A stretch of 64,000 nt of DNA from Kondoa subrosea (lineage: Eukaryota). How positions within the stretch are numbered: position 1 is the first letter of the stretch; each line of letters opens with the position of its first letter. Below the pieces are notes generated by a model. It was not told where the DNA came from and made no database searches. It was given only the letters and a program-made list of their open reading frames with translations. Positions 1-12,384 of the stretch are shown piece by piece. Location of the stretch: contig BCIN01000001.1 in NCBI GenBank assembly GCA_039545335.1, positions 2,105,129 through 2,169,128 on the forward strand, in the 5' to 3' direction. The translations under genes and the position numbers were made by a program.

Positions 1-536
1 AGAAGAGAGGACTGACAGAACGATGTAAAGATGGCCTTGAACGGATTGATCGTACAGCCTGCTTTTACTGCTGCTCTGGTGGAATTGGTAAGTCTTGGAG
101 TCCGCTTTTGCATCACGTGCCGATCTCTCTGCTAGGTCTATTCGCAAGCTCGTAAGCTACGCGCAGAGGTAAGGCGAAGCTAGGACCTGACACCTCGAAG
201 TGTTTCTCGCTAGCGAACTAGAGGCTTTCGCACAGTAAGGCCTGCTCTCAGCTTTCCCCTACACATTGTCTCAGAAAAAAGGAGTAGACACGCCAACCGC
301 TCAAGTATTACAATAGACGACATTTACCTCGTTTGTCGAAACAACCCCAGCCTGAAAGCTCTTTTGTCAGAAGAAGCTGTACACTTCGGAGCTGAAGCTG
401 CTCCTTCTGGTCCTACGTGGGTGCATTGTGCGATTAGCATGTTTGTTATGCTAAATTGCATTGGAACACCCACAGCAAGAAAGTTACAAAGCCTGGTAAA
501 GCGAAAGCAATCACGAAGCGCTCGACAACGAAGTAG
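1..536 (+). CDS. MHF1: CENP-S/MHF1 histone-fold protein (5' end outside window)
   Basis: Spliced exons from 31 read MALNGLIVQPAFTAALVEL|VYSQA|LFLASELEAFAQ|HANRSSITIDDIYLVCRNNPSLKALL...TTK*; matches the CENP-S pattern F-AAL-ELV / LEAFA-HA-R-TI--DD-L--R. Stop TAG 534-536. Confidence 0.85.
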
Positions 537-956
537 ATCTCTGCTTGCGGCTTTTAGTGAGCTGTCTCGTCTCATCAAACACTTACTTCAACTGATAATG
601 CTTGTCTTATCTTCAACCTTCACAGACTACTTCCACTGCGATGTGCCTCTCGTCTTCTGCTCTATTTTATCTACTATCCGGCTCTCAGCTGAGCAAGTTA
701 CGTCGAAGAAGACACGGAGGCTATACCGTCAAATCACGCTGATGACTATCATTCCCCCATTATCGAATAGCCAAGCATGTCCATACCATATTGCATACTG
801 TAATCCATCAGATGACTTCCTCGCGTTGCTCTTGATCTAGCTTCCTCGGCTCTTTCAACACTTGGCGAGTTGCTCTTCTCGTAGCAGCCCACTGACGAAG
901 CCTTCAGCTCGTCCCATATCCAATCAGTCCAGACAGACGAGCCTAAAGCAGCTATC

Positions 957-3900
957 ATGGATGATACACGACAACTGCGTCAGATCCTGCCAGCGTGAGT
1001 TCTGAGTCAATGTTTATCATGCATTACCTATTCATGCCTGGCGCAGAGTTACTGCAATAGCTGCAGTCGTTCTAGCATGCTCAAGGTACGTCTTCGTCTG
1101 TCTTGCTTACATTAGTCAGCAGCTCTAATGCCATTCACTATTAGCTCTATGATGCTATATTCCAACTTCTCGAAATCCAACTCTTCCACTGGCGGCGGAG
1201 GAGCTCCGATTTATATATACAACACTCCGTTATCCAATAACGGAGGACCACCACCACCTCTTCCTCCGTTTGAAGATGGACAAGAAGGACAACCTTCCTC
1301 TGATCCTTCAGCAATTGAAGCGGATACTGAAAAACGCTACAAATCAATCACACAATACTGGTACGCTGAATTCTAATGTGGAATGAACTTTGGAAGGCTG
1401 ATGAGGACGAGTTGTAAAACAGGTCTGAATTGGAGATGCAGTGGAAAGATAGAGAAGAAGTGGTACTTACCCCTGAACAAGAAGCAGCTGCTAAGAAACT
1501 ACTCTTCGTACGTCTCACAAACTCTTGTCTTAAGTGAGATTACAATAAGTCTGATTATGAATTGGGTGTAAAGACGGTCAGATACCGTTCTTTGGGTCAT
1601 AATGATGATGCGAAAGAAGTCTTACTTGATTTCAGCTCTAAAGCAATCATTCAAGTCTTGAAAGAATATTTGAAAGAATGTGAAGAAGTTCATGAAGAGA
1701 AAGTGACTTTGAACGCTCAACATGTGTTTCGTCATTTGCAAGAAATTCAAGCAGCTTTGATCGAGAAGAAGAATGCGATTGCTGGGAAAGACAAGAAAGT
1801 TACAGAAGATAAAGCTGTTGGAACAGATGATACTACGGATAAAGCTGTTGGAACAGATGATACCACTGTAGCTATAATTGAGAAACCGGTGGAACAGAAG
1901 AAAGAGAAGAAGAAGAAGAGTCCCGCGTATACTCAGGTGGAATTGGAAGCTCAAGTAGATGAACTTGGACAGCTTCTAGCATGTTCGTTGATCTCAGTTC
2001 CCGCATGTCATGCGTATAGCTGATTCGCCTGAGACGAAAAGTCATGCAAGAAGAATATGGCCCTGTGCAAGCTAAATTGGAACGCCTCAAAACACGAGGT
2101 ATGATCAGCTATGACTTGCTATGGACTCAATTCCGAGTCGATGGTCATGTGACTGGTATACACGAAGATAGCGGCCTGCCAGTAAGCGATTGTGCGGCAT
2201 AATCCTTCATTATCGCTGATCTCACCAGATCGCTGTTACTCTCAAATCACAATGTATGCATATGTTGGGACTCATCCCTCTTGAGATGTAATCTGATGTT
2301 TTCATACAGCCTACGAAGATTCACGAACAGCAGGCAAGTATTACTCCTGCTCGGGCCAGTTTATAGAATGGACAGGTAAGCTAGTTCGAGTGTACGAATG
2401 TTTAAGGACGCTAACTGATGTGCTCGCATTTTAGGCAAGAAATATGTGCGGAGCGAATTGGAATTCAAGGTATGTGGCTGCTTCAGCTACTTGAGATTTC
2501 AATTGAGTGACGATTCTAGATTCCCAAATTCCGTGGTTTGCGCAAAATCACTTCTGTATGTTGATCTCGCGTGGAAGAATATCTCTGAAAGCACTTCCAG
2601 CTCGCCGCTGTTCCAATGAGCGATGAGAAACGTAAATAAAGCTCTTCGCGTTTGTCACATTACTGATCCTGCTTTACAGGTCGAGATTTGACTGTTCGAG
2701 GTCGTCTCTATATCCAATATGCAGAAGTCAAATATAGCAGCTATGTTGGCGAAGTTAGTCTCAGTTGCTGCTTCACTACGTGATATGGAATTGATGCAGA
2801 TTGATAGCTTATACGCATATCCTACGATATGATGGGCAACAAGACTATCCGGAAGCAAAAGGTGAGTCCTTCTTAGTAGCCAAATCCCGTCTTTATCTCA
2901 TGATATCGTCAGGCCGATGGAAGAGTAAGTTACCTGCCTCAATCTAATTCTGACTAAACAATGTGACAGGTCATGGTTGATCGAGCAGTCAGTATATGGC
3001 TCAGTCAAGGCCATTTTGAGCTCATCGAGCTGTAGTCGTACAAACGTATGGTGCCTTCGGGCTACGGCGTGAGTCGACAGTATTTGCAGTGAAGGTTCGG
3101 CTCACACGTCTTCCTTGCAGAACGCGGATATGTGAGTTCCGGTCTCTATCTCGGCATGACTCTGGACGAACCTTTATATTTTAGCGGAGGGTCAGTCGAC
3201 GCATAGCAAAAGCTTGCTCTGCTAACCACTTTGAATAGATGCGATTGCGATAGTTGCGCAGGTGAGTGACAAAGCTTGCTCGTCCTCTTTGACGCTTGAC
3301 AGCAATATTTACAGCTGCAAGAGGCATTGAGCTCACTCCTGATTCTGGTGATGCTGAAGAAGACGAAGAGGATCACATCAAAGCTCTCGAGTTGGTATCT
3401 AAGACTACTGAAGTTGCCGAGGGAGAGGAAGAAGCGCAAGAACACGATATTGTCAGGGTCCCAGAGAAAGAACTTTGTCTTCTGCCTCCGACAGTCTATG
3501 GCTTCTCTTTCGTCACTAAAGAATGGGGACAACTACTAATCGGCGGCTTTTCTGACATTGTATTCGACGAGCATGCATTCGACCATCTTGTTCTGGAGCA
3601 GTCAAACAAGGATATCATTCGTGCACTCGTAGAAAGCACTTCGAAGGCGAATTACCAGTCGAAGAGTCTCCTCACTGATGTCATTAGCGGCAAAGGGGGA
3701 GGAATCAGTCAGTGGCATGCATGGATTCGCATCAGTAGCTTGCTAATCTTCCGAATCTAGTCATTGTGCTGCACGGATCTCCTGGAACTGGTAAAACCTT
3801 GACCGCTGAAAGTATAGCAGAACGTAAGGCATCTGTGTCTGGTGAAAGTTACGAGCTTACAAAGTTTCCAAGATCTCAAAAGGCCTCTGCATGCGGTCAG

Positions 3901-4983
3901 TTCAGGTTCTTTGGGTTCATCGCCTGGCGAGCTTGAAGAGTCTTTGGCGAGCACTCTTGAATTGGCAGAGAAGGTGAGTTTGCACGGTGAGACTACATAG
4001 CCTGACAAGTTTCATAGTGGGACTGCATTCTTCTAATCGACGAAGCGGATGTATATCTCGAGGTATGTGCCAAATTCAGCTCTGCGTTTATACTGAGATC
4101 TTTTGCTTGCAGGAGCGCTCGACCCACGAAATGGTCCGCAACAGGTGATCGATCTATTGAGTCTAAATTCGTCGGATCTTTATCTGACTCAAACGAATAG
4201 TCTGGTCGCCGTCTTCCTTCGCTTGCTTGAGAGATTCTCCGGCATCTTGATTCTGACGACAAATCGAGTTCAAACTTTCGATCCCGCTTTCATCTCACGG
4301 TTCTCCATTGCCATAAAGTACGCAGACCTGGATCAAGCTAGTAGACTGCATATGTATACCCTTTCTCGATTCTGCTGTGTGTTTATGCTGAAATCAGAAA
4401 CAGTTGGCAACGTTTCTTGAAGATCGCCAACGTGGAAGTCATCGCGAAGAAGAAGATGGTCAACGGCATAACAAGCGCTCCGGGCACTCCAAAGACACCT
4501 GCTACGCCTGCTAGTGCACAGCCCGAGTCGCCCGGAACACCTGCTTCTAGTGCATTGACGCCCATAAGTGAAGTACCGAAATCCTTTGTAACTCAAAGAG
4601 AGTTGGATAGTCTAGCAGCTGAAGAGATCAATGGTCGTGTAATCAAGATGATTGGTGAGTGAAAATATGTGGCTATTTAACGTGCGCCAATTGGCTTTTG
4701 TGTGCAGTTCGAGCTAGTCAAGCGCTAGCCCTCTCAAACAAAGAGCCTTTGACCAATAAGCACATCCAACAAGTTTTAGCCTTTCAAAAGAAGTTTGCTG
4801 AGGATTTCAAATCGTGAGTCTTCTTTGCGAGACAAGTATGTACATTTGCTGACGTTAATTACCTCAGTCCTGGCGAAGTATGTTGCTGCTTCTTATTGCA
4901 TCTGGAATCTGACGCTGACTGTCTTTAAGATTGATTACAGCGCGAAGGACAACCATAGACGTCAAGCTTCCATCTATCACTAG
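957..4983 (+). CDS. Fungal AAA+ ATPase with long N-terminal region (~28 introns)
   Basis: Walker A HGSPGTGKTLTAE, Walker B CILLIDEADVYLE, VAVFLRLLERFSGILILTTNRVQTFDPAFISRF, upstream YGFSFVTKEWG and DVISGKGGG. Manual splicing ends IDYSAKDNHRRQASIYH*. Confidence 0.85.
1808..1864 (+). repeat. 30-bp in-frame tandem duplication (DKAVGTDDTT x2) in the AAA ATPase
   Basis: gataaagctgttggaacagatgatac occurs at 1808 and 1838. Confidence 0.9.
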
Positions 4984-5158
4984 ATTTTTCTGCTTTTTTT
5001 CCGACATCGGTAAAGGCTTTCATGAATATTGTGTTGTTATGAGCATATATATCGCAAATAATATACCTATCATGCAATGTAGTTCAGTTCTTTACCTGGT
5101 AAATGCGGCTCTCCGCTATTTGCTTTCACATGGTTGAAGGGGCTTCTTAGCAACCATC

Positions 5159-7253
5159 ATGTCTACGATTTGCAAGAAGAGTCTCACACTAGGCAGCAGG
5201 GCTGTCAGAAATCAGACTGTGAGCAAACTCTGCGATTTCACTCTAGTCACATTTCGACTCGAATTCGCATCGAATAATCTTTGTCGGATTTTCCCTTAAT
5301 GAATCTTTGGGCTCTTGTGCGAGCTCTAGCTCAACACCACTCGTCTTCCTATGCTTGCCTCTCTTTGTTCTATCTGCTATTTCAAGCAGATGTGGAGCAG
5401 ATGCTGATCCCTCGTGCGAAATTGACAGCAACGAGCCTTCGCAACTTCTATCTCTCGAGGAGCTTTCGCACCTTACGATTGGCAAGATGGACTCAAGATC
5501 GAATCTACAATGCTTTCCGAAGAAGAACAAGCGATCATGCAAAGTGCCAAAGATTACTGTCAAGCTGAATTAGAACCTCGAGTAACTAAAGCGTATCGAG
5601 AAGAACACTTCGATCCAAAGATCTTGCAAGAGATGGGCAGTCTTGGTCTACTAGGAGCTACAATTGAAGGGCACGGATGCGCTGGAGTTTCAAGCGTTGC
5701 TTATGGATTGATCGCGAGAGAAGTCGAGAGGGTAGACTCAGGTTACAGAAGTGCGATGTCTGTACAGAGTTCTCTGGTCATGCATCCGTATGTGCTGAGG
5801 CAAACTAGTCAAATTGCGCTAACTGTCTCACAAACAGAATCAATGCATACGGAAGCGAGGTAGGAGTTCCTCGTCAGGGTAGTAATGCGTCTGACACCCG
5901 TATAGGCACAAAAAGAGCGATGGCTGCCCGAGTTAGCGAAGGGAACCACAATTGGATGCTTTGGCCTGACAGGTGCACAAAGCCTCGCCTTCAGCAAGTC
6001 TGATGCTCATCTCATTGCTTGGGTCATGCAGAACCGGAACACGGATCAGATCCAAGCGGAATGGTCACTAATGCTAAAGAGGTCGACGGCGGCTTTGTGC
6101 TGAATGGCTCCAAGACTTGGATTTCCAATAGTCCGATAGCTGATATCTTCGTCGTGTGGGCAAAATGCGGTCAGCACTACAGAATGCTTCATTACCCTGT
6201 GCTTACCAGAGAATAGAATGGGATGGCAAAATTCGAGGTTTCCTGCTTGAGAAGGTAATAATGATCTTAACGCCAAAAACAAATGTATGGCTGACCGCTC
6301 AGTAGGGAATGAAAGGTCTCAGCGCACCCAAGATTGAAGGCAAGCTAGCGCTCAGAGCATCTATAACGGGTTCGATATACATGGATGAAGTACGTCTGCT
6401 GAGTTTATTATTAATGAGAAAAGTATCTGATCAATGATCAGGTCCATGTTCCGCACGGAAACCTCTTGGAAGGAGTTTCAGGCCTAAAAGGTCCCTTTGG
6501 CTGTCTGAAGTGAGCTGGTCATGAGCATTCCGCAGGCAGCGCGCTGATGTCTTGGCAGTAACGCGCGTTTCGGTATTTCTTTCGGCGTAAGTGACCTGGA
6601 AGACATCTTTGCCTATTTCTGACTTGTATTGCAGGTCATTGGAGCTCTGGAAGATTGTATTCGCCGAACCAGAGAATACGCTCTAGATCGAAAGCAGTTC
6701 AAGACTCCTTTAGCCTCTTTCCAGCTCGTGCAGAAAAAGTTCGCCGATGCTCATACAGAAGCTACTATTGGTCTCGTTTCAGCTATTCAGCTTGGTAGAC
6801 TTAAGGACAGCGGGCAATGGTGTCGTCAGTCATACTTTCTTCCATCCGGCTTGTCCTGATAGAGGAACTTTTGATGGACAGCTGAAATGGTCTCACTCCT
6901 CAAGCGAAATAACTGCAAGAAGGCTTTAGAGCAATCTCGAAAACTTATGGACATCTTTGGCGGTAGGTGTAATTTCAGCTTTTACTGCTCTCAGCTGACG
7001 TGTTGAGTAGGTAATGGTATCGTCGAAGAATACGGTATGATGCGTCACGTCAACAATCTTTATGTTGCAAATACTTATGAAGTCAGTGCCGATTGTTTTT
7101 CTGTATATCTGCTGACATTGCGCGTCATAGGGCACCGAAGACATTCATGCCATGATTTTGGGTAAAGCATTGACAGGCATTCAAGCCTTCAGTCATGCTC
7201 CGCCAGAAGAAACTCCCAAAGTAGTTGAAGGAACAGTTGTACAGAAGAAGTAA
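5159..7253 (+). CDS. GCDH: Mitochondrial glutaryl-CoA dehydrogenase
   Basis: Presequence-like exon [20 protein letters not shown], 210-nt intron, then [83 protein letters not shown]. Confidence 0.93.
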
Positions 7254-7321
7254 AGAACTGTCTAGAGTATACATACATTTGGTTTTCATCTTCTCTAGTG
7301 TCTCTACAGCATCGTGCATAT

Positions 7322-8816
7322 CTAATAACCTTTTTGAATGTCAACCTTGTTGATCCAGCTTTCGCCTTTTGCTTGCCGCGTTACATTGAGCAGGAAGACA
7401 TGCACAGATCTTTCCATATACAAGCTTGTATTGCCCTAGCCGTACAATCAATGATGATTGGACATGCGGCAGAATAAGAGCTCACCGAGATATGAGGTGT
7501 AATTATAACCTTGCGACGAAACTTATATCAGTTTATCTCCTTTTCACCTCCTGCACATTACATACCTTGTCCATCGACCAGAGCGGGTGATCATTAGGCA
7601 ATGGTTCTGGATCGGTAACATCCAATGCAGCACCTCCTAGTGCTTTCGATTCCAAAGCTACCACAAGAGCCTCTGTATCCAGTTGCGGACCTCTTCCCAC
7701 ATTGCAAATGACTGCGCCTTTCTTGAGTTTAGCGATTCGAGCTTTATTCATGATCTTATGCGTTGCTGGAACATTGGGTACGGCCATGACTGTTTGACGA
7801 CATTTCAATCTAAGCTCAGTTCAAGCAATAGGGCGAAATCCCGACGAACCCAAAACATCCGTTTGCGATAGGAAATCATCGAAAGAAGCATCATCCCTTG
7901 AACTGAAGTATTTGTCAGGAATAGAACCATCTGGATCTCCGTGATTTCCAGGAACAATCAGCTGTCCAACCTCATCCGATTTTTTCTGACCGTCAGAGGT
8001 GCATGCTAAGATTTTACAGCCATACGATTTAGCTAGCCGAGCTGTTTCTCGGTTGATTGAACCATAGCTGTATGCGATTAGCCCATGAAGGAGAAGATGA
8101 TATAGAAAGGTACCCTAAGAAGCCAACGGTTTGGGTTCCCAATTCTTTTATGTTCATATGGCCTCTCGCTTCAACCCAACGTTTCTCTTGTATCTGTGCT
8201 TTGGCATAATACATTGTGTCTTGGCTATTAACGAAGCATCGAATTAGCAAGGGGAAATTTGAGGTGCTCATCGCTTACAAGATATTGACAATATTTGATA
8301 TCGTGTCTAGGCCAAATGATTGTCAGTACAAACCCAACTGAGTGACGAATGAGATCTCACATTGAGGAATAGCCATGTGGATACCGTTCATGCTACATAA
8401 CGTAATCTGATCTTTGGCACCGGCGAAGAAACTAGTTCCGATCAATTGGGCAAAAGAAGAAATAGCAGAACCAGAGCTCACTCTTTGTGTGACTTCAATA
8501 CGCCATCAACGCCAGCTGAAATCACTTGAATGTACTTCGAGATGCGTCGTCATATCAGCTTTCCCAGGCTTTCCCACATAGACAGGACAAGACTGACTCG
8601 CAGATTTGGGCATTGATCCACTGATTTCAACGCAGGTGGTAGCCTAGACGAGCTGAAGAGGCAATCTATGGATTTCCAAACATCATCGGGAACAGTGTCT
8701 GCTTCGCCTAATCTGTGATAGGTGACATTCTCCACTTGCTCGCTGATCTTCTGCTTCAATTCATCTTCTATAAACGGAAGAAAGCATAACAAGTTCTTGA
8801 ATGGTTTGCTTGACAT
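7322..8816 (-). CDS. D-isomer-specific 2-hydroxyacid dehydrogenase (NAD-binding)
   Basis: TVGFLGY|G, NVGRGPQLD, GAALDVTDPEPLP, ITPHISG; ends NKVDIQKGY*. In-frame upstream ATG at 8912 possible. Confidence 0.9.
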
Positions 8817-8862
8817 TTGTATATTCGAGTGGTTCTTGCTCAACAACGGTGTAGTCGAGAAT

Positions 8863-9135
8863 ATGGCTGGATTGCCTAACTTGAGGCGAATCGTGAGTCT
8901 GTTGCTTGCCATTCCCAGCATATGTAGAGCTGAATGGAGTTGACAGTTCGCGTCTTCTTTGGCTGATGGAGAATTGAGAGAACGCTCAAGAAGTGCTTTC
9001 AAGAAGTACGTTCAGTCCGTGCTAAGCTCCCTAACGTAGCTAAGTAGTGATCGAATGTTCAGATGCATGGGTTTCTTGGGCACAGTCTGCGTGATTGCCT
9101 TCTTGTCCGTCAATCATAAACGTATCTCGAGCTGA
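8863..9135 (+). CDS. Candidate 53-aa single-pass microprotein (or spliced non-coding transcript)
   Basis: Exons 8863-8892, 8947-9005, 9063-9135 give MAGLPNLRRIFASSLADGELRERSRSAFKKCMGFLGTVCVIAFLSVNHKRISS*; introns of 54 and 57 nt with gtgagt/gtacgt donors. No family recognised. Confidence 0.35.
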
Positions 9136-9987
9136 ACGTTGTAAGCCTGCCTTCGTTCGCGCATTACCAGTGGAAGCTAATGATTACAAGACGAGGAAAA
9201 CGAGACTGCCGATGTTAGTTTTCTTGTTTATGGCATTTCCCTACTCTTGTCACCCTTATACAAATGAAGATAACACATGGAACGGATATCTGTAGAAGAG
9301 CGGCTGTATTTCAGCTGTGATATCGCTTTCTCTTCATTGAGTACATATGCAGAAACCTCTCGAGGACGTCTGCTCGTGCAAACGACTTAGGAGAGCGAAC
9401 GGAAGTCTCTTATATGCCCTTGGACGGGGCTGGGGATTTCTTTCTTTGTGGAAGAAGATTATTAGGCCAGAACTGATTTCATCGTACCCCTTTTTGTCAA
9501 GAACGCAAGGCAAAGATCTCGGTACTGATTGTGCTCCTTTTACAACAGATTGGTTGAGGATTCTATTGAAGATTGGAGACACTGCGACTGTAACAAGAAC
9601 GGAACTCTAAGTTCAAGGTGCGCCTGCGCCTCGGGAGCCTCATAAGCTGGTCTTCTTATAGCTATTGCAAGTTTTAGGCAGTCATGCGCCCTACATGTTG
9701 GAACATTCTCTAGCGCAAAGACAAAGTCTCATAAAAGGGGGCACTTTACAAAGCTCAGAGGCCGAGGCCAGACGAAGAGCGTAAGGAGAAATGGGTAGAG
9801 CAGCGTCATGAGAAAAGATTGCTTGATGGCACATTCGCGCTGCAATGAACCTCGTCTTCACGCTTGCGTATAATATTTCAAAACAAACTTCCACCACAAC
9901 GACCATTAGGATTGTCACAAGTAGTCACAAGTAAAAGCAGAGAGATGAGTTGTATTGATATTTATACATGCTGTTCTTTGAATATCT

Positions 9988-11780
9988 CTACTTTGTTGGC
10001 CCTGCTGTTCCTGGCGGAGGTGCACTCCCCATGTTTTGTAAGAATCCGAAGAAAGAGCTCTTCATCCTGATAATTTTCGTTATGAATACTGAAATCTTCA
10101 ACGAAAATGGAGATGGACTGACTCTTTCATTTGTTTCTCTCTGTCAGCTTCCATCTGACCCATCAAAGTCTTTTCATTATTCCGGAAGTAATCTCTTTCT
10201 TTCGTATAATGATCTAAATAGCGTTGACGTTCCGCTTCATAGAAAGTAGGTGGTGGTGTATCCCTGTCCGAAGAAGTAGGTATAGCTTGAGGTCTTGTAC
10301 TCTGTTCGGCCAACCAAACAGATGAATCAGACACAAAGCTGAACAGCCTAGCTGGAATACGAACCGATAATCCAAACATTGATGATAAGGAGAATCCAGC
10401 TAAAGGATTACCTTTACTTTCCGCTCTTCTGGCTTCCCATTGTTCTACATGCAGTCTCTTCAATTCTTTTTGCCTTTCTGCAAAAGTTCGAGGTAAATCT
10501 TTCCCTTCATAAGCTTTCAGTACAGGTCGAACATCTTTTACTCCGTTGATGCCAATAGCTTCTAAGAAAGGCAGGTAGTCTAGCAAGTTGGATCCGGTTG
10601 GTCGACCTTTCCATGGTGGAATCAAGATTGCATTTTCAGGTTGATTTTGGAATCGAGCAGGATCGGTGTCGAGAATGATGACTTTTGAAAGATCTCGTCC
10701 GAGGTAGGAAATATCCTGCATCGAGATGAGCTATAGTCCAAGCAGAGACAGTAAATATACCTTGACTAGCGTTTTGTTGTAGTACCGCGTACTATCCCTG
10801 AATAGACGATAATGTACATAATACTGCAACGGATCCAGCTTGTCTAGAATGGGCATTGCAGTCTGGAAGAGCGAGTTAAGTACGGTCGAAACTTGAGACT
10901 GACAGGACCTTACATAACTAGGCGTTTCCGTGAAAACAACAATCTCATAGAATTGACCCAAGTAGCCTAGAAAGTCTTCCAGGCCGGGTCGTTTTGCTGT
11001 TCGCCAGCCGCCATCCCTCTGTAAGTACAAGTATCAGTCAGACACCCAGACCTGGAAAGACCTGAAAGTCGACAAAGTACTCACCGACCATTCGGAATGC
11101 ACAAGTAGATCATCCAACTCTATGACCAAAGTATACGGTCTTTGATACTGCGCCGAGAGAGGAGGTGGTAGAAGCGGTTCCCATGCAGGTTTGTTAAAGT
11201 ACTAGACCCATCTCATAAGCCTTTAGATTCGCCTTGATGCAATCAGACGAACGTCAGCCAAATCCACAGCTCTAGCTTTCGTCCTCATCCATCTCCCGTC
11301 TTCCATATCCTTCAGTACATCTGCATGCCGACTTAGTAAGCGTTTCCTCTCTTCCTCGCTGTCCCATTCGCGACCGATATGCCAACCCGCATAACCCAAA
11401 CCAAAAAGTGCTAGTAGTGCAGTAATGCGACTGATATTCTGTCTTTTCTTTTCGATCGATGACATGGAACGTTTTGTTCCACGAGGTGAAGCACGAGAAG
11501 TATCAGCAGTAAGGGAAGTGAGATCTAAGTATTCAGAAGCGAGTGAACTCTTTTCTTGCGTTACATTCTTCTGCTGAGCATCTAGTTTGATCGGTTCTGC
11601 TTGTACGATCGGTTCTTGATCTGATGGAGCAGGCGCAACAGGCTGAGGTGATCCAATTGGCGGTAGCGATTCTGCAACTTTGGCAAAAGATATAGAGGAA
11701 CTGTGGTATAGTGCAGCACGACCAGGTTGCTCTACAGCTTTACTGCATGCTTGCAGAGCTTGACGGGCTAACATAGCCAT
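9988..11780 (-). CDS. TIM50: Mitochondrial inner-membrane translocase subunit Tim50
   Basis: Presequence, [59 protein letters not shown] (NIF-like domain). Confidence 0.95.
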
Positions 11781-11836
11781 CGCTTTTGCTCGTTGATGCT
11801 TTTCAACCTTTGACAGCGATAAAAATCAAAGATCAA

Positions 11837-12275
11837 ATGGCAGGATCGTGGCTATCAGAAGAGAACAAGGTGAGATCCTGTCGATGAGAGGCGATACAGG
11901 CTGATTGGCAGTGAGCAGGAGCGAGTGATTGTTGCACAAAGGTGATTCCCAGTTTTGCTCTATTCTGGCTTTGGGTATATTTCTTTGTACACTGAGTACA
12001 AGTACACCATGGTCTGGTTCTCTTCATCTACTTCTCTCCTGGTCTCTTTCTGTTATGTTTACCTATCTATCTCTATGTCGTTGCAAGAACAATTGCTCAT
12101 GCGGAATATCTGCAGTGCTCTACAGACTGCCATTCACTGGGGATGGGTACCTTTCGTCGTCTACTACGGCTTCATCAACTCTAACCCAAGGCCGAATCTC
12201 AGTGAGTCGAATATTCTTGTTCCTCGGATTGCACCTAATGAGATTATAGTCAAACTCATAACTCCGCTGGCATAG
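11837..12275 (+). CDS. TOM7: Mitochondrial outer-membrane translocase subunit Tom7 (55 aa, 4 exons)
   Basis: MAGSWLSEENK|ERVIVAQS|ALQTAIHWGWVPFVVYYGFINSNPRPNL|IKLITPLA*; Tom7 pattern LSEE-KER ... H-G--P-V-Y-G ... P-P. Confidence 0.92.
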
Positions 12276-12384
12276 TAAGGAAGAAGGCAGATGAGACAGG
12301 ATAGAGAATGGAGAGGAGTACAAGTGTAAATGCAATGCCACATCTCAAATTATTGTACAATCATCGTTTCTTTCGCTGCTTGAA

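Noticed and set aside
9191..9987. Short ORFs 9347-9610, 9334-9582, 9691-9918
   Set aside because: No recognisable motifs or coherent exon chain.
11942..12115. H/ACA snoRNA in TOM7 intron 2 (ACACCA and a later ACA)
   Set aside because: The sequence between the boxes is strongly pyrimidine-biased and cannot form the required hairpin.
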